Shown here: piece after piece, positions 26,213 to 38,203 of the stretch
Layout of the letters: each line of letters starts with the position of its first letter
How positions within the stretch are numbered: the first letter of the stretch is position 1
Source of the DNA: Callorhinchus milii
Lineage: Eukaryota
Direction of reading: 5' to 3'
DNA: 64,000 bases
NCBI RefSeq assembly: GCF_018977255.1
Contig: NW_024704743.1
Span: 100,628,001 to 100,692,000, forward strand
Translations under genes and position numbers: made by a program
Notes under the pieces: generated by a model
Databases searched by the model: none
Told to the model about the DNA's origin: nothing
Seen by the model: the letters and a program-made list of their open reading frames with translations, nothing else

Positions 26213-26521
26213 TAATAATATTAATCTTTGCATTTGATATAGCGCTTTTCACATCTTCTTGACGTCTCAAAGCGCTTCACAGAATAGACTGTAAAGTGAA
26301 TTGACCGTATATTTGTGGGCGAAACGCAGCAGCCAATTGCACACAGCAGTGTCCCACAAACAGTCGTGGATTGAAAATGACCAATTTTTTTTATTATTGT
26401 TTTGATTTTTTTTGAAGGGATTATTATTAGGCGTGTGGAGTAAGGAAACTTGCCCAAGAATTGAACCCAGGTGTCTCGCTTGCAAGGTGAGCGCTCCAAC
26501 CACTGAGCTACAGGACTCCAC
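26213..26521 (-). mobile_element. Young tRNA-Ala SINE, short form, full length
   Basis: Near-identical to the 16312 and 52784 copies; ends CACTGAGCTACAGGACTCCAC. Confidence 0.92.
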
Positions 26522-27436
26522 TTGTATACCAATAAATAAATAAAGGGCAATTCATGAATCTCTAATCAGCTCAAAAGTATCAGTTACTACACAATGCACT
26601 CTGGGTGAAAATGCTTATCACATCTCTTCAGCTGCAAAAGAAAATGAATTTAAAACTGTATTAATGTCATCAAATCAGTGAGGTCCCAGGCACTTTCACA
26701 AGCAATGAACCAGAGCAATAAATTCAAATGTTAATCTCATCATTCTTTAAAGGGATCAGATCCATTTAATCCAAAGAAATGGATTTGAGAACAAGCTTAT
26801 AAGACTTAATGTTACAAACAAATGCTGAGGTGGCCTAAAACAATCTCAGTGAAAGCCTCAGAAGTTATAATATCTATTAAATACCATGTGTTGACTATGG
26901 AATTACTTGCACAATTGAGTAAAATATGCTAATAGTCCAGATTGTAGTGTACATACATGGCTTTCTCATGGTAAACAGACAGATACAGTAGGCTTATTGT
27001 AAATTAAGACCATCTTCCCCCCTGACTTTGACACAATGGTCGAGCCTGAAGATTTCAGTGCTGCCACCTTCTTTCACTGGAGGAAAAAATACCAATGGGT
27101 CAAATGACCTCCTCCTGTCTTGTAGATTTCTATGGTTCTATGAGTTGTTCAACCTTGTCAGCCCATGTTGTTCAGCCTGTGTAATGAATTCATCTTTATG
27201 TGTTAAGTACTTTTTGTCTCCATTCAGTAAGTTCAACAAATTAGTCCCTGTGTGCTCATAAATAACTAGTCTGATTTTAAAGTATAATTTAAGATAGATT
27301 GTGTTATTTATAATTTAACATCACATTCCATTTATTTATAAAGCTACACAAGGACGAAATCACTAAACTTACCAAATGGAACCGAACAGTGTTTAGCCCA
27401 TATCATTTTATACAATAATGATTATATGATCATGTC

Positions 27437-27808
27437 TAATAATCATTGATATAACACCTACATAGTTGAGACGGTTTCAAAGTTTCTGTAAAGTATAGTG
27501 ACTGTGAAATAGCAATCAATTTGCACACAAGAAAGTCCCATAATTTTATTTGGGAGATTGCTGGCCAGGACACCAGGAGAAACTTCCTTATCTTTTTGAA
27601 TAGTGCCATGGAATCTTTAACATCCACCTGAACAGGCAAACAATACCTTGATTTGAAGTTTGATTCAATGGATGACATCTCTGATCTCACAGTGCTCCCC
27701 TGGAAATTGCACTGGAGTGCCAGCCTAATCCATGAGCTCAAAGTCCTGATACAGGGCTGGAAGCCAAATCCAGAGGTGAGAATTGAACCAATTGAGTCAA
27801 GCTGACGC
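27437..27808 (-). mobile_element. Deu-type SINE, near full length
   Basis: GAATAGTGCCATGGAATCTTTAACATCCACCTGAACAGGCA (reverse Deu core); head TTGAGTCAAGCTGAC. Confidence 0.8.
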
Positions 27809-28505
27809 CTGTTTTGTTTTAAAAAAACGAAGGAGAATAAGGCACGCAGTGAAAGAAATACAAAATTCACTGTAATTTTTTCAGGTTTCAGCTTCGGGAA
27901 TACTAATGCACTTGAAACCACTTCTGAAGCCGAGCAGTGGATACATTATTCAGTGGGCGGTGTTTCATTTTCACCAAATTGATATATGCACATTTGGACC
28001 CTAATGTCACGTGTCAGAGTTTAATTCAAGGTTATTCTGGTAAAAGAAAATTACTGATGACTGAATTTTTTTTTGCTATGCTTCTCTCATTATCTTGATA
28101 TTTCCTTGTAGTAATATTATGCTTCCACTCCCCATATCTTTGGAGTCCTCTAATCTATCTTGTGCTGCAATAAAGTGCTCAGCAATTGGATCTCATCTAG
28201 TGGTAATATTGCTGTTAGGTTAATTGAACCATTCTTGTAATTTGTTTTGAATAGAGTCGTGCTATTCAGTCTTTTACGTCCTTCCCTTTTATCAGGTTCT
28301 GCATTTATATTTGAGAATACTTTCACTATGGTTACTGATAGCTTAATACATGGTTACTGGGATCAAGGGGATCAATATTACAGTCACAGCCCTACCTATC
28401 CTTGGAATTGACACTGTATTTGGGGCTGAAGATGTCAGTGCTGGCTTTGTTATTTCAATTGTGTCACCATCAGTTTAAACATTGTTTAGGAATGTGGCCT
28501 GTGTT

Positions 28506-28735
28506 AACAACAACTTATATTTGGATAGTGCCTTTCAGGTCAGGAAGGCGCTGGACAGTCAAGGATTTGTACCTGAGCTGGGGGTTGGGATCAGGAGGGA
28601 TGGAGAGTAGCCGAAGGCGCGGTCGAAGACAAGGGTCTTGAGATGGGCCTTGGCGTAGGCAAGGAAGTGGGTGAAGAGATTGTGGGATGGAGTTCCAAAC
28701 GGTGTGGGGAAAGGCTGAAGGTCCAACCACTGATG
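28506..28735 (-). mobile_element. L2 3' end, decayed
   Basis: AACAACAACTTATATTTGGATAGTGCCTTTCAGGTCAGGAAGGCGCTGG. Confidence 0.75.
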
Positions 28736-28829
28736 GATAATGCATGTTGTTTTGAAATATGCCTAACATGCCCAGACAGGCATTGTTACTCTTATTCTTA
28801 TATTCTTATATTCTTACTCTTATTCACCC

Positions 28830-28998
28830 ACCTGAAGATTGAGCTGGTTTTAATATCTCACATGAAGATCAGTACCCCTATCAGTACAGCACTCCACCAG
28901 CACTGTGTTAGATTGTCAGCCAAGGCTTTGAATTTCAGTGTGGGGCTTGAACCCATTACCTTCAGACCCAGAGGCAAGTGTACCACCAATTAAACAAG
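28830..28998 (-). mobile_element. Deu-type SINE 5' half
   Basis: CACCTGAAG...GTGGGGCTTGAACCCATTACCTTCAGACCCAGAGGCAAGTG. Confidence 0.65.
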
Positions 28999-29847
28999 TG
29001 CAAATTTGAATTTGATAACACAAGATGAGGTGGCACTCAGAGGAGAAACTGAGGGAAGATAGGAAAGAGGAGTTTTTGATGAAGAAATAAGTATGGAAGA
29101 CTAATATTCTGTTGTATTGTACGTTTACACCTTCGAGTTTCTAGTGAACGTGAGAATTTAGTTCAATTATTGCCTGGTGTTTACTGACCTTTTTCAGTGT
29201 ATTAACATAACTATTTGCATTTATATAGTGCCTTTCACACAGGGTAGTGTCTCAGAGTGCTGTACAGTATCAGGGATTGATGCAGAGCAAGGGAGAAAGG
29301 AGCAGTGGGTTTTAAAGATAAAGCAGGGGCTAAGCAGAGGGATTGAGGCAGAGAGTATCACCATAATTTGTCTCAAAAAAGTGCAATATAGGTCAGCATT
29401 AAATAGCTGGCTCTAAGGAAAAGCAGCTCCGGAGTCTGGCTGTTGAAACCATCTTTTAAAAGTACATCGATTTACACCAATACTCCACCGCTTCCTGAAA
29501 TATATTAAACAACTAACATCTGTGGCAGCTCTCTTCAGCCTCCAACCAGTGCAATTAGCAATGAAAAGTGTAAATTGGATCTCTGAATTGTTTTACTGCT
29601 GGAAGCAATATAGGGTCACTTGAAGGACTATGAACTAGGCATGAGACTGCAGTTTAAGTTTAGTCTTTCAGCTTTTCCAAACCCTAAACTCAAAAAAAGT
29701 GGCTGAATTGCAGATATTTAACAACACTATTTCTCTTTTGTGCTGTTTTTATTTCATCTGTCCAGATTTACCTTTGGGCCAATTCCCCCATTGGCTGCTG
29801 TCTTCAAGATACTGTCTCCTTGACTCCTGCTGGGGTATAATTTCACA

Positions 29848-30045
29848 TGTGTCAGCCTGGTTCAGGTGGTTACACTCTCATCTCACAGTTGAAAGGTTGT
29901 GGACTCAAGCCGCACATTGGGACTTTAAACTCACAGTCTAGGTTGATACTGCAATGTAGTGCTGGGAGCAATGCTGCATTTTTGTAGGCACTGTCTATCA
30001 GATGAGACGATAAACTGAAGTCTTGTCTCCCTTTTCAGGTGGAGC
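29848..30045 (+). mobile_element. Deu-type SINE 5' half
   Basis: GTGTCAGCCTGGTTCAGGTGG head...GATGAGACGATAAACTGAAGTCTTGTCTCCCTTTTCAGGTGG. Confidence 0.7.
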
Positions 30046-30265
30046 CCAATTCTGTTGTCTTCCAACACCGATTGAGTGTAGGGTCACTGGACCCTACTGG
30101 ATCAGGAGCAGGAAGCATGACTGTTTTTTCCCTTCCCCAGCTCAGAGGCACTGAAGTTAATTGTATCCCCAATTAGGATCAATTAACCCAGCAAGGATTG
30201 CAATTGAAACCTCAAACCACCTGAAACTAACATTGAATGGCACATGAGCTAGTTTGCCAGCTGAG
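30045..30265 (-). mobile_element. Possible remnant of another ancient tRNA-SINE family
   Basis: GGGTCACTGG...GATCAGGAGCAGGAA...CCCAGCTCAGAGGCACTGA resembles a repeat I recall from shark genomes; not verifiable within this window (7100-7250 may be an adjacent part). Confidence 0.3.
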
Positions 30266-30471
30266 TGATATTCTGGTTCATACCCATATTGGTTATGGAA
30301 CGGTGTTGACAGCATGGCTAGGAATTGCCACTCATGTGACTGTTGCACCACATGTTAGATGGAAACATCACTAGTGCAAGACATCGTGCTCATTGCCGGA
30401 CCAACAAATGGGGTTTAACATGCGGTTTAGAACTGTTCAGAAATTTGTAAAGTATCAATTAGGAATTGCAA

Positions 30472-30822
30472 TGATACTAATAATCCTTGCGTTTGATAAA
30501 ACTTTATCACGTCACCAAGACATCTCACAGTGTTTCACAGGTTTTACTGTGGAATGTAGGCAAATGTGGCAACCAATTTAATGCACAGCAATGTCCCACA
30601 AACAATCATGAAGTAAGTGACTTTTTTAATGTGTGGGATTGTTGACCAGGACAATGAGAGAAACTTTCCTTATCTTTTCAAATTGTGCCATTGGATCTTT
30701 TACGTCCACATGAACAAGGAGATGGGACCTTGGTTTAACAAATCATCTAAAAGATGGCAACTCTGACAAAGCAGCATTCCCTCAGCACTGTATTAAACTA
30801 TCAGCATAGACTATGAGCTCAT
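30472..30822 (-). mobile_element. Deu-type SINE
   Basis: Tail TAATCCTTGCGTTTGATA; core GGATCTTTTACGTCCACATGAAC...GGTTTAAC. Confidence 0.8.
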
Positions 30823-31434
30823 TCTTTTGTTATCAGTGGCATATATCCCTCTCCAACCAACAGCATTCTCAATATTGAGATTCGCTGACTGAATGAAGGA
30901 AACACATGATCCTGCTTCACATACGTGATGATAACTGTCTTGGTGAGGTTCTGCCTCAGGGACATTCATTTAATTCATAATCAATGAATTATGGATTTCT
31001 GAATTTAAGCTGCATGTAAGACTCCAATAAAAATGATTGAATAGATAGATATTTAACACCTAAAGCACAGAGGCAATGACCAGCTTGGCTAGCGATATAA
31101 GTAAAATCTGCTGATGTTGGAAATCTGAAATAAAAAGCAGAAAGTGTTGGAAATGCAGGTTGATCAATATTTGAATAAATAAAGCAACCAGAGACTGACA
31201 GACCCATTTGCACCATAATGCCACATAACCAAACAATATTGCTAAATAACCTTTGGTCTATGGGACTACAGAGGATAAAACAAAACATATGTTTAAAAAA
31301 AGGTTGAAGAGGAACAGACACCAGACACATTCTCAGGTGGGGTGGGGTGGGGAGGTAAGGGGGGGGTCTCCTGTGCCGAGCTCAGTTGGTCCCAGGCTCG
31401 CACAGGAATGTCAGAATCAAATCAATTAGAATCA

Positions 31435-31610
31435 GGATTTAAGTAAGCTGGATGTATCCCTCCAGGGAGAGAATGCACAGTCAATTCCAGACATGGACAT
31501 TTCCATGTGTAAGTGTAAGTATAAATGTAACTTTCAGTCTGGTTTAGATACTCTTAAGTATGGGATGAGTTTCCCCTTGTGTCAAACACCCAGCTGATCA
31601 AAAAATAGTC
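31435..31610 (+). repeat. Unnamed ancient interspersed repeat, copy B
   Basis: GTAAGCTGGATGTATCCCTCCAGGGAGAG...GGTTTAGATACTCTTAAG...GTGTCAAACACCCAGCT. Confidence 0.7.
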
Positions 31611-32354
31611 TGGGTTGGTACTCCATAACAATGCTGAGGGAAGCATTGCAGTGACAGAGATGCTTGTTCAGGTGGATGTTAAAAGATCCCATGGATCGGG
31701 ATCAGGCTCAGCTACTGTTAAGCACTCCGAGTTGCTGCCCAGTGTAAGTGCGCTATATAAATGCAAGTTGTTGGTGTTGTTTGCCTGTCATGATAAACAT
31801 GAGAAAATTCCTGCAAACAAAATCCATAGCAGACAACCTGATTTCATGAAGACTAATTATATGGCTCTACCTCAATCACCTATCTTCACATTGCCTTCTG
31901 TAAGAATCACTTGGCTCTTTTTTTTAAGGATCGACATGTTTTTACAATATCCAGTTAACCTTTTGAGTACTTTGTTGCTCCCCAGATGAACACATTTTAT
32001 TTAAAATCACATCCACCAGAATATTTCTTCTGCAGATTTCTGATCTTGAAAACAATAAAATAGCTTTGGCAAAATGCTTTGGATCGATATACATTTATTA
32101 TTTTATGAAGCTTTTGAATAAAGACAGATTGCAGTCAAGCTTTGATTTTCATTTTGTTGCTGACATATCGCCAGAGGCTGTACAGAATTAATTTGGTTAT
32201 TTTGTTTATAATAAAGAGGAGGTGCTAGCAATAAAGTGCCAATTAAAAACTACTATAAGAAGCTAGCAAAAATATGAAAGTGTAACGGCTCTTTTGCACT
32301 TCATATTTTTAGTGGCTTACCTCTCCTGAAAAAAAACAATTTAATAACTGCTAA

Positions 32355-32897
32355 TAAAATATAATCCTTGTGTTAAAAATAGTGTTGAAATGTCTCAAAG
32401 CCTGTCACAGGATGGACTGAGATGTACATTTGTAGTAGAATGTGGCAAACAATTTGCATATAACAATAATAATAATCCTTGCATTTGATATAGCGCCTTA
32501 TCACATTTTTGAGATGTCTCAAAGTCCCACAACAGTCATGAAGTGAATGACCAATTTTATCTTGGAGGTTGTTGGCCAGGCACCAAGAGAAATTTCCTTA
32601 TCTGTTCGAATAATAATACGTTTGCAAATACTTTTCCATTTGAACCCTCTTCTTTTACGTCATGAGGATATTTCAAAGCCCTTAACCAGTTTTACTGTAA
32701 ATGTAGTGACTGTACATTTTGCAGGTCATGGGATCGTTAAGATCCACCTGAACAGGCAGAATGGATCTTGGTTTAATGTCTCAGAGGATGGTACCTCTGA
32801 CAATGCAGTGCTCCTTCCCGACAGCGCACAGCTTTAGAGCTTCAACTACCTTCTGATTCAAATACAAGATTGCTTCTGACTGAGTTAGGCTGACACT
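32355..32897 (-). mobile_element. Cluster of nested Deu-type SINE fragments
   Basis: Repeated tails (~32360, ~32465, ~32660), Deu core GATCCACCTGAACAGGCAGA, head TGAGTTAGGCTGACAC. Confidence 0.7.
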
Positions 32898-33141
32898 TAT
32901 TGCAAATCAATGACAGTTATTGGCAAAAGAGGAAATACAATCTGACCTAATTTACATTAGGTGAGGGCATTCTAAAGAATTCAGTAGCTCGTTAACTGTC
33001 TAACACTGAGTTTATGAGCAGAATATTAATTTAAATGTTGGTTTGTTTGATCAAAAGCTGTTTTTGTTTAATTCAGTAGGTACTGTTTAATTCTATCCTA
33101 AAATCTGTCACATTCATGAACAAATACGAAAGCTATCCATT

Positions 33142-33415
33142 AAATAATAATAATAATCCTTGCATTTGATATAGCGCCTTATCACATCTTCGAGATGTCT
33201 CAAAGTGCTTCACAGAATACACTGTAAAAATATTTTGTGGACAAAATCCTGCAGCCAATTGCGCACAGCAGTGTCCCACAAACAGTCATGGATTGAGTGA
33301 CCAAATTATTATTATTTTGCTTTTTTTTAAAGGATTCTTACTCCCAGAAAAGCAATCCGCCAATCGACTAACAACTACATACATATTGCTAGGTGAACAG
33401 AAGCATGTGAGAAGT
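33142..33415 (-). mobile_element. Young SINE, long form, headless
   Basis: (AAT)n CCTTGCATTTGATATAGCGCC...GCCAATCGACTAACAAC...GCTAGGTGAACAGAAGCATGTG. Confidence 0.8.
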
Positions 33416-34129
33416 ACAACCAAACATGATTGATATAAATCCAATTTGTTGTTGCTGGTGGGCGAGTCTTCAGCCACTCTGCCCCTTTTCTCTCTGAAAG
33501 TCACTCCAACTGACAGTTTCACCTCTGCCTTCAAAAGCCACCTTAAAACCTGTGGTCACCATTTCCTTGCCCTGTTCCTCCCCTCCAGCTTAGGCTCCCA
33601 GTCAATTGTGTGAAGTGCTTTGAGACAACATGAAATGCACTATATAAATATAAATTGTGTTACTGAGTATAGGGATCGTCACTCTGCATTTAGTTTGGTT
33701 ATACCTCATGGATTTCCAGGCACTGCTGCAAATGACCTTCTAGGCCCTAGCAGGTGACAAACTAATGGAGGAATTATTGGCACCTGGTTGTATTAGATCA
33801 TTTACGTAAAGATTTTCATTAACCTGGTGGCTGTGAGTTAATGGGGAAAATAGGACAGGCCTGGAAAGAACAGCTTATGAATTCTGCAAACCATTTCACA
33901 ATCCTTCATTTGAATGAGAACCAACAGTGAAAAGAACGACACTATTAGTTCTCATTTAAAACGAGAATCAACAGTGAGACTGCTTTATCATTTTTTGACA
34001 AGATCAACATGGGAACAATGGCACGTGAAGAATTCAGTGAATCAAAAATATTTTGACAATTGTTTTCTTGTCCTCAGAAGCACATAAATGAAATAACATC
34101 CAATGATAAGTGCAATCAAACATGATTGT

Positions 34130-34422
34130 AACAATAATCTTTGTGTGTTTTGTATAGTGCCTTGTCATGTCAAAACGCTTCAGTTTTCTGTAAAATGTAG
34201 TGACCGTATCTATAGGCAAACCTAGCAGACAATGTACCCATAGCAAAGTCCCCCAAACAGCCATGATGTGAAAGCCTAATTTTACTGGGAAATTGTTGTC
34301 CCGGACATTAGGAAGAACACCCTTCTCTTTTCCAAGAGTACCATAGATTCTTTACCATTATTACCAAACAGGCAGATGGGACCTCGGCTTAACTTTTCAT
34401 TCGAAGGATGGCACTTCCAACA
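34130..34422 (-). mobile_element. Deu-type SINE, decayed
   Basis: AAACAGGCAGATGGGACCTCGGCTTAAC...GAAGGATGGCACTTCCAACA. Confidence 0.65.
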
Positions 34423-35529
34423 ATTGAGACCACTTCAAAAAAATAACTACATACAGCAATTTAACAATATAACCCTTAAAAAATAAAAGCTCATTAGGAC
34501 GCCCATTTATTTTCAAAGGACAGTATTGTTTGTATCAATGCTTCTTTATCATTTCTTGACAAACAAAAATTCACCCTTACACACTCACATCATGTTATCA
34601 TTGTGTTATTTTATCAGTTGGCTGCAAAGTATTCACAGCTTTCTGCAAGGGAGGAATTGAGTCAAATTTCAACAAAATTACAGGAACAGCAGTCATAACA
34701 GATAGCACTGCCTCATTTCACAGCGATTTTATTGTGAAATAATCCATTTTGAGTGTGCAGAGAATAATGACATTGTACTGGAATGGAACCCTACTGTTAT
34801 GTCACTTGGTTGGACAGGCTAGCAAATGGAAAATCACAACCACAGGAATCCAGTACACACCAAAAGAAAACAGCAAGCAGTATTATTGACATCTACAGAT
34901 AGATGGGACCTAATTATTTTTCTTCAGAAATGTCACCAGTGTGAAGAGATGTAATAAGAACACAATAAAATATGTCTGCCGAGCTCTCACCTTCTCCCCA
35001 CCCATCTCAAAAGGATATAAACCGAAGCCCTAGAGGCAGTACAGAGGAGAGTAATGAGGATGATCTCCAATGTTGGAGGAATAAGATGTTCCTCTAATGA
35101 TTAGACATGCTAGGGCTCTTCAATCTTGAAAGGAGATGCCTTAGAAGGGACATTCTCCCAAAGTCAAAAGCGCTATATAAATTTAATTGTGTTGTATAAC
35201 TTATAGAACTGTTTCAAACCAGAAATTGTTCCAGCTTCTTTATAAAAGAGTTCATGCAACCATCACGATTTTGTTGAAAATTCTATCGCGATTAACCAAC
35301 ACTCCACAGGGTTACAGGAGTTCTGCTGGAGTCCTGGTTAACAATTCCCCAGACAAAATTGGTCAGTCACTTCATGGCTGTTTGTGGGACATTGTTGTGT
35401 GCAAATTGGCTGCATTGATCGTCCACAAATCACAGTAATTCCACGTTACAGCATGTCCTGTGAAGCTCTTTGGAACATCCTCTGATATGAAAGGCACAAT
35501 ATCAAATGTAAGGACAATTGTTATTAGAT

Positions 35530-36822
35530 AAATGCAAGGTACAATATACAGGAAGTAAGAATAGAAAACACATATGAATGGGGTAGAACATACCAAGGAG
35601 ACAACTAAAAGAGATTTAGGGGTAGTTGTTCACTCACCTTGTCAAAACACCAGACAAACAGGATGCTGGGCTATATTACCAAATCAATTGAGTTCAGATA
35701 CCCAAAAGTTATGTTCAAGCTATATAGTCCCCTGGTCAACAACAACAACAAAATTACATTTGTATAGCACCTTTCACGTCGGGAGGACATCCCAATGCCC
35801 TGGGCAATCAATGTCTAGGACCCGAGCTGGGGGAAGGTGGAGGGCAGGTGGGGGAGGAGGGTAACTGAAGGCACAGTCAAAGAGGAGGGTTTTAAGACGG
35901 GTCTTGAAGGAGGCAAGGAAGGGGACGAGGCGGAAGGACTGCGGAATGGAGTTCCAGAGGGTGGGGGCAGAGTGGCAGAAGGCCCGCCCGCCTATGGTGG
36001 TGTGGGCGAGGTGGGGGACGTGAAGTAGGCTGGAACCCGCTGAGCGGAGGGTGCAGGCAGGTTGGAAGGGGGCTAGGAGGTTGCAGAGGTAGGGCGCAGC
36101 AAGACCATGGAGAGCTTTGAAGGTGAGGACCAGGATCTTGAACTGTATCCTCTGTGTGATGGGAAGCCAGTCGAGTTGGGCAAGGATGTGGGTGATAGGG
36201 TCACAGAGCTTGGTGCAGGAGAGGACATGGCCTGCAGAGTTCTGGATGATCTGCTGCCTATGGAGGGAGGAGTTGGGGAGGCCAACAAGCAGAGAGTTTG
36301 CGTAGTCGAGCCTGGACGTTATGAATCCTGCACATTTGATTTGCACATTCTATGGTCAGGCTGCACATAGAGGAATGCAAACAATTTTGTTCACTGTGAC
36401 AAAAAAGGAACTGCCAAGGCCCTAGAGACATTGCACAAGAGAGCAAAGAGGATGTTTAGAGAAGTAAGCTATAAACAATGATTAGACAAGATCTTCAGTC
36501 AAAAGGAGACATCTCAGAGGGAACCTTATCAAGATGTATAACAATTTAAATGGCATTAAATGTAAATCCAAAACAATACTTTAGAATGAACCAAGACAGT
36601 GGTTCAGAGTTCCGAAGGACAATTTCTGCACAGATAGAATGTATTTACCCAGAGGGAAATTACTGACTGGAAGAAGTTACCAGGAGGAGTGGTTGAAGTT
36701 AAGATGCTGGAGTCATTTAAAAAACAGCTCAATACTGTAAAGTGGGGTAGTAGGGTTGGTATTCTAGAAGGACTAGATCAAATAGGCTGAAGGACCTTTA
36801 TTATCTGAATTAATCTTGTGAC
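35530..36822 (+). mobile_element. Old CR1 3' fragment split by an L2 insertion
   Basis: AGAGATTTAGGGGTAG (RDLGV), CCCTGGTC...ATGGTCAGGCTGCACATAGAGG (VRPHLE-like), tail AATCTTGTGACT. Confidence 0.6.
35737..36325 (-). mobile_element. L2 LINE 3' end with open C-terminal frame
   Basis: FITSRLDYANSLLVGLP...LDWLPITQRIQFKILVLTFKALHGLAAPYL...GGRAFCHSAPTLWNSIP. Confidence 0.9.
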
Positions 36823-37019
36823 TAGAAGAACAGACAGTTGGGATATCAGTGTGTCATTCAAAGGAAATGTGTGCACCAAGGTCAGAGAAATGTGTTTTGA
36901 AGGTCTAAGAGGAAGGAAGTTCAAATTTGATAAATCACATTTAATGTTTATTACTTTTTTTTATTGAAAAGTACATTGAGTTTCAGAGACCATTTCATTA
37001 TTTGCCCACAGATTTTTTT

Positions 37020-37088
37020 GAAAAATGGCTTATCAGGAATATTTTCACAGCAAAGCAATATGAAAATATTCCTGATAAGTCATTTTTC
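37020..37088. repeat. Near-perfect 28-bp inverted repeat (hairpin, 13-nt loop)
   Basis: GAAAAATGGCTTATCAGGAATATTTTCA / TGAAAATATTCCTGATAAGTCATTTTTC; one G-T pair. Confidence 0.9.
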
Positions 37089-37266
37089 TTCAACAAATTC
37101 AATTAACTGAATAATTAAAATTCTACAAATACAGTATCCTCTTATTATTTTTAGAGTTTCTCTTCAATGTACTGAGTGACCTTTGGGTCACCATTAACAG
37201 CAATCTGTGAACAATTAATAGTGACAGAGCCACTGCACATTATATATACTATATAATCCTAGATAT

Positions 37267-37682
37267 CGCAGCCAATTGCGCACAGCAGTGTCACACAACA
37301 GTCATGCATTGAGTGACCAATTTTATTTTTTTGAGGTAGTATTACTCCCGGTTATCGATCCGCCAATCGACTAACAACGTTTCCTACTTAATGCTAGGTA
37401 AACAGAGGCATGTGGAGTAAGGTTTCCACCCTGCCTGGGAATTCACATATTCAAGACTGAGGTTGATACATTTCTAAAATATAGAGGGATTAAGGGATAT
37501 GGGGATAGGGCGAGTAAATGGAATTAGGATAGAAGATTAGCTATGATCTTATTAAATGGCGGGGCAGGCTCAAGGGATCGAATGGCCTATTCCTTTTCCT
37601 ACGTCTTATGGTCTTATGGAATCAAACCTGGGTCCTCTTGCTTGCGAGGCGAGTCTCCTAATCGATATGCAACAGGACTTCT
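37267..37682 (-). mobile_element. Young SINE (long form) split by a CR1 tail insertion
   Basis: Body 37267-37442, head 37618-37682. Confidence 0.8.
37443..37617 (+). mobile_element. CR1/HER1-like LINE 3' end with 5-bp TSD
   Basis: TTCAAGACTGAGGTTGATA...GAATGGCCTATTCC...TCTTATGGTCTTAT; GGAAT on both sides. Confidence 0.85.
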
Positions 37683-37714
37683 CAAACTACTACATATTAT
37701 ATATATTATGTACT

Positions 37715-38203
37715 CTGCTACTCGTGTTCTCTCGCGCACCAGGCTCCGTGACCCCATCACTCCCACCCTCGCCAGACTCCACTGGCTCCCCATCCCTCAG
37801 AGGATTGAATTCAAGCTCCTTGTCCTCACTTTCAAGGCCATCTTTGGCCTTGCTCCCTCCTACCTCTCTGACTTGCTGGCTCCCTATCAACCTGCCCGCT
37901 CCTTCCGTTCAGCGGGCTCCGGCCTGCTCCATGTCTCCCTCCTGAGCTTTCAGCCTCTCTGCCCCCATATTCTGGAACTCCATCTCACAGTCCCTTCACC
38001 TCGCTTTCTCCCTTGCCTCCTTCAAGGCCAGTGTCAAGACCTTCCTCTTCGAACGTGCCTTCGGTTGCCCTTCCATCTCTCTGCCTTCCCTCACCCCTAC
38101 ACCAACCTTCCTCCATGCTTGGGTCCTAACCCCCGACTGTCCAGCGCCTTGGGAAGTCCTTCCGACGTGAAAGACGCTCTATAAATGTAATTTTGTTGTT
38201 GTT
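37715..38203 (+). mobile_element. L2 LINE 3' end
   Basis: RLRDPITPTLARLHWLPIPQRIEFKLLVLTFKAIFGLAPSYLSDLL; tail ATAAATGTAATTTTGTTGTTGTT. Confidence 0.9.

Noticed and set aside
27920..28005. CUB-domain-like motif (W.....GGVSFSPN)
   Set aside because: The conserved cysteine is absent, an in-frame TGA follows SPN, and spacing to the next motif is wrong.
28295..28391. Immunoglobulin JH-like segment (YWDQG-INITVTA with CACTATG upstream)
   Set aside because: It needs a frameshift, WGxG is not intact, the nonamer is poor with a 20-nt spacer, there is no GT donor after it, and no V or C exons are seen; most likely chance.
37026..37047. miR-21 (shared GCTTATCAG)
   Set aside because: Only 9 nt match; the first bases and the 3' half differ from the deeply conserved mature sequence.
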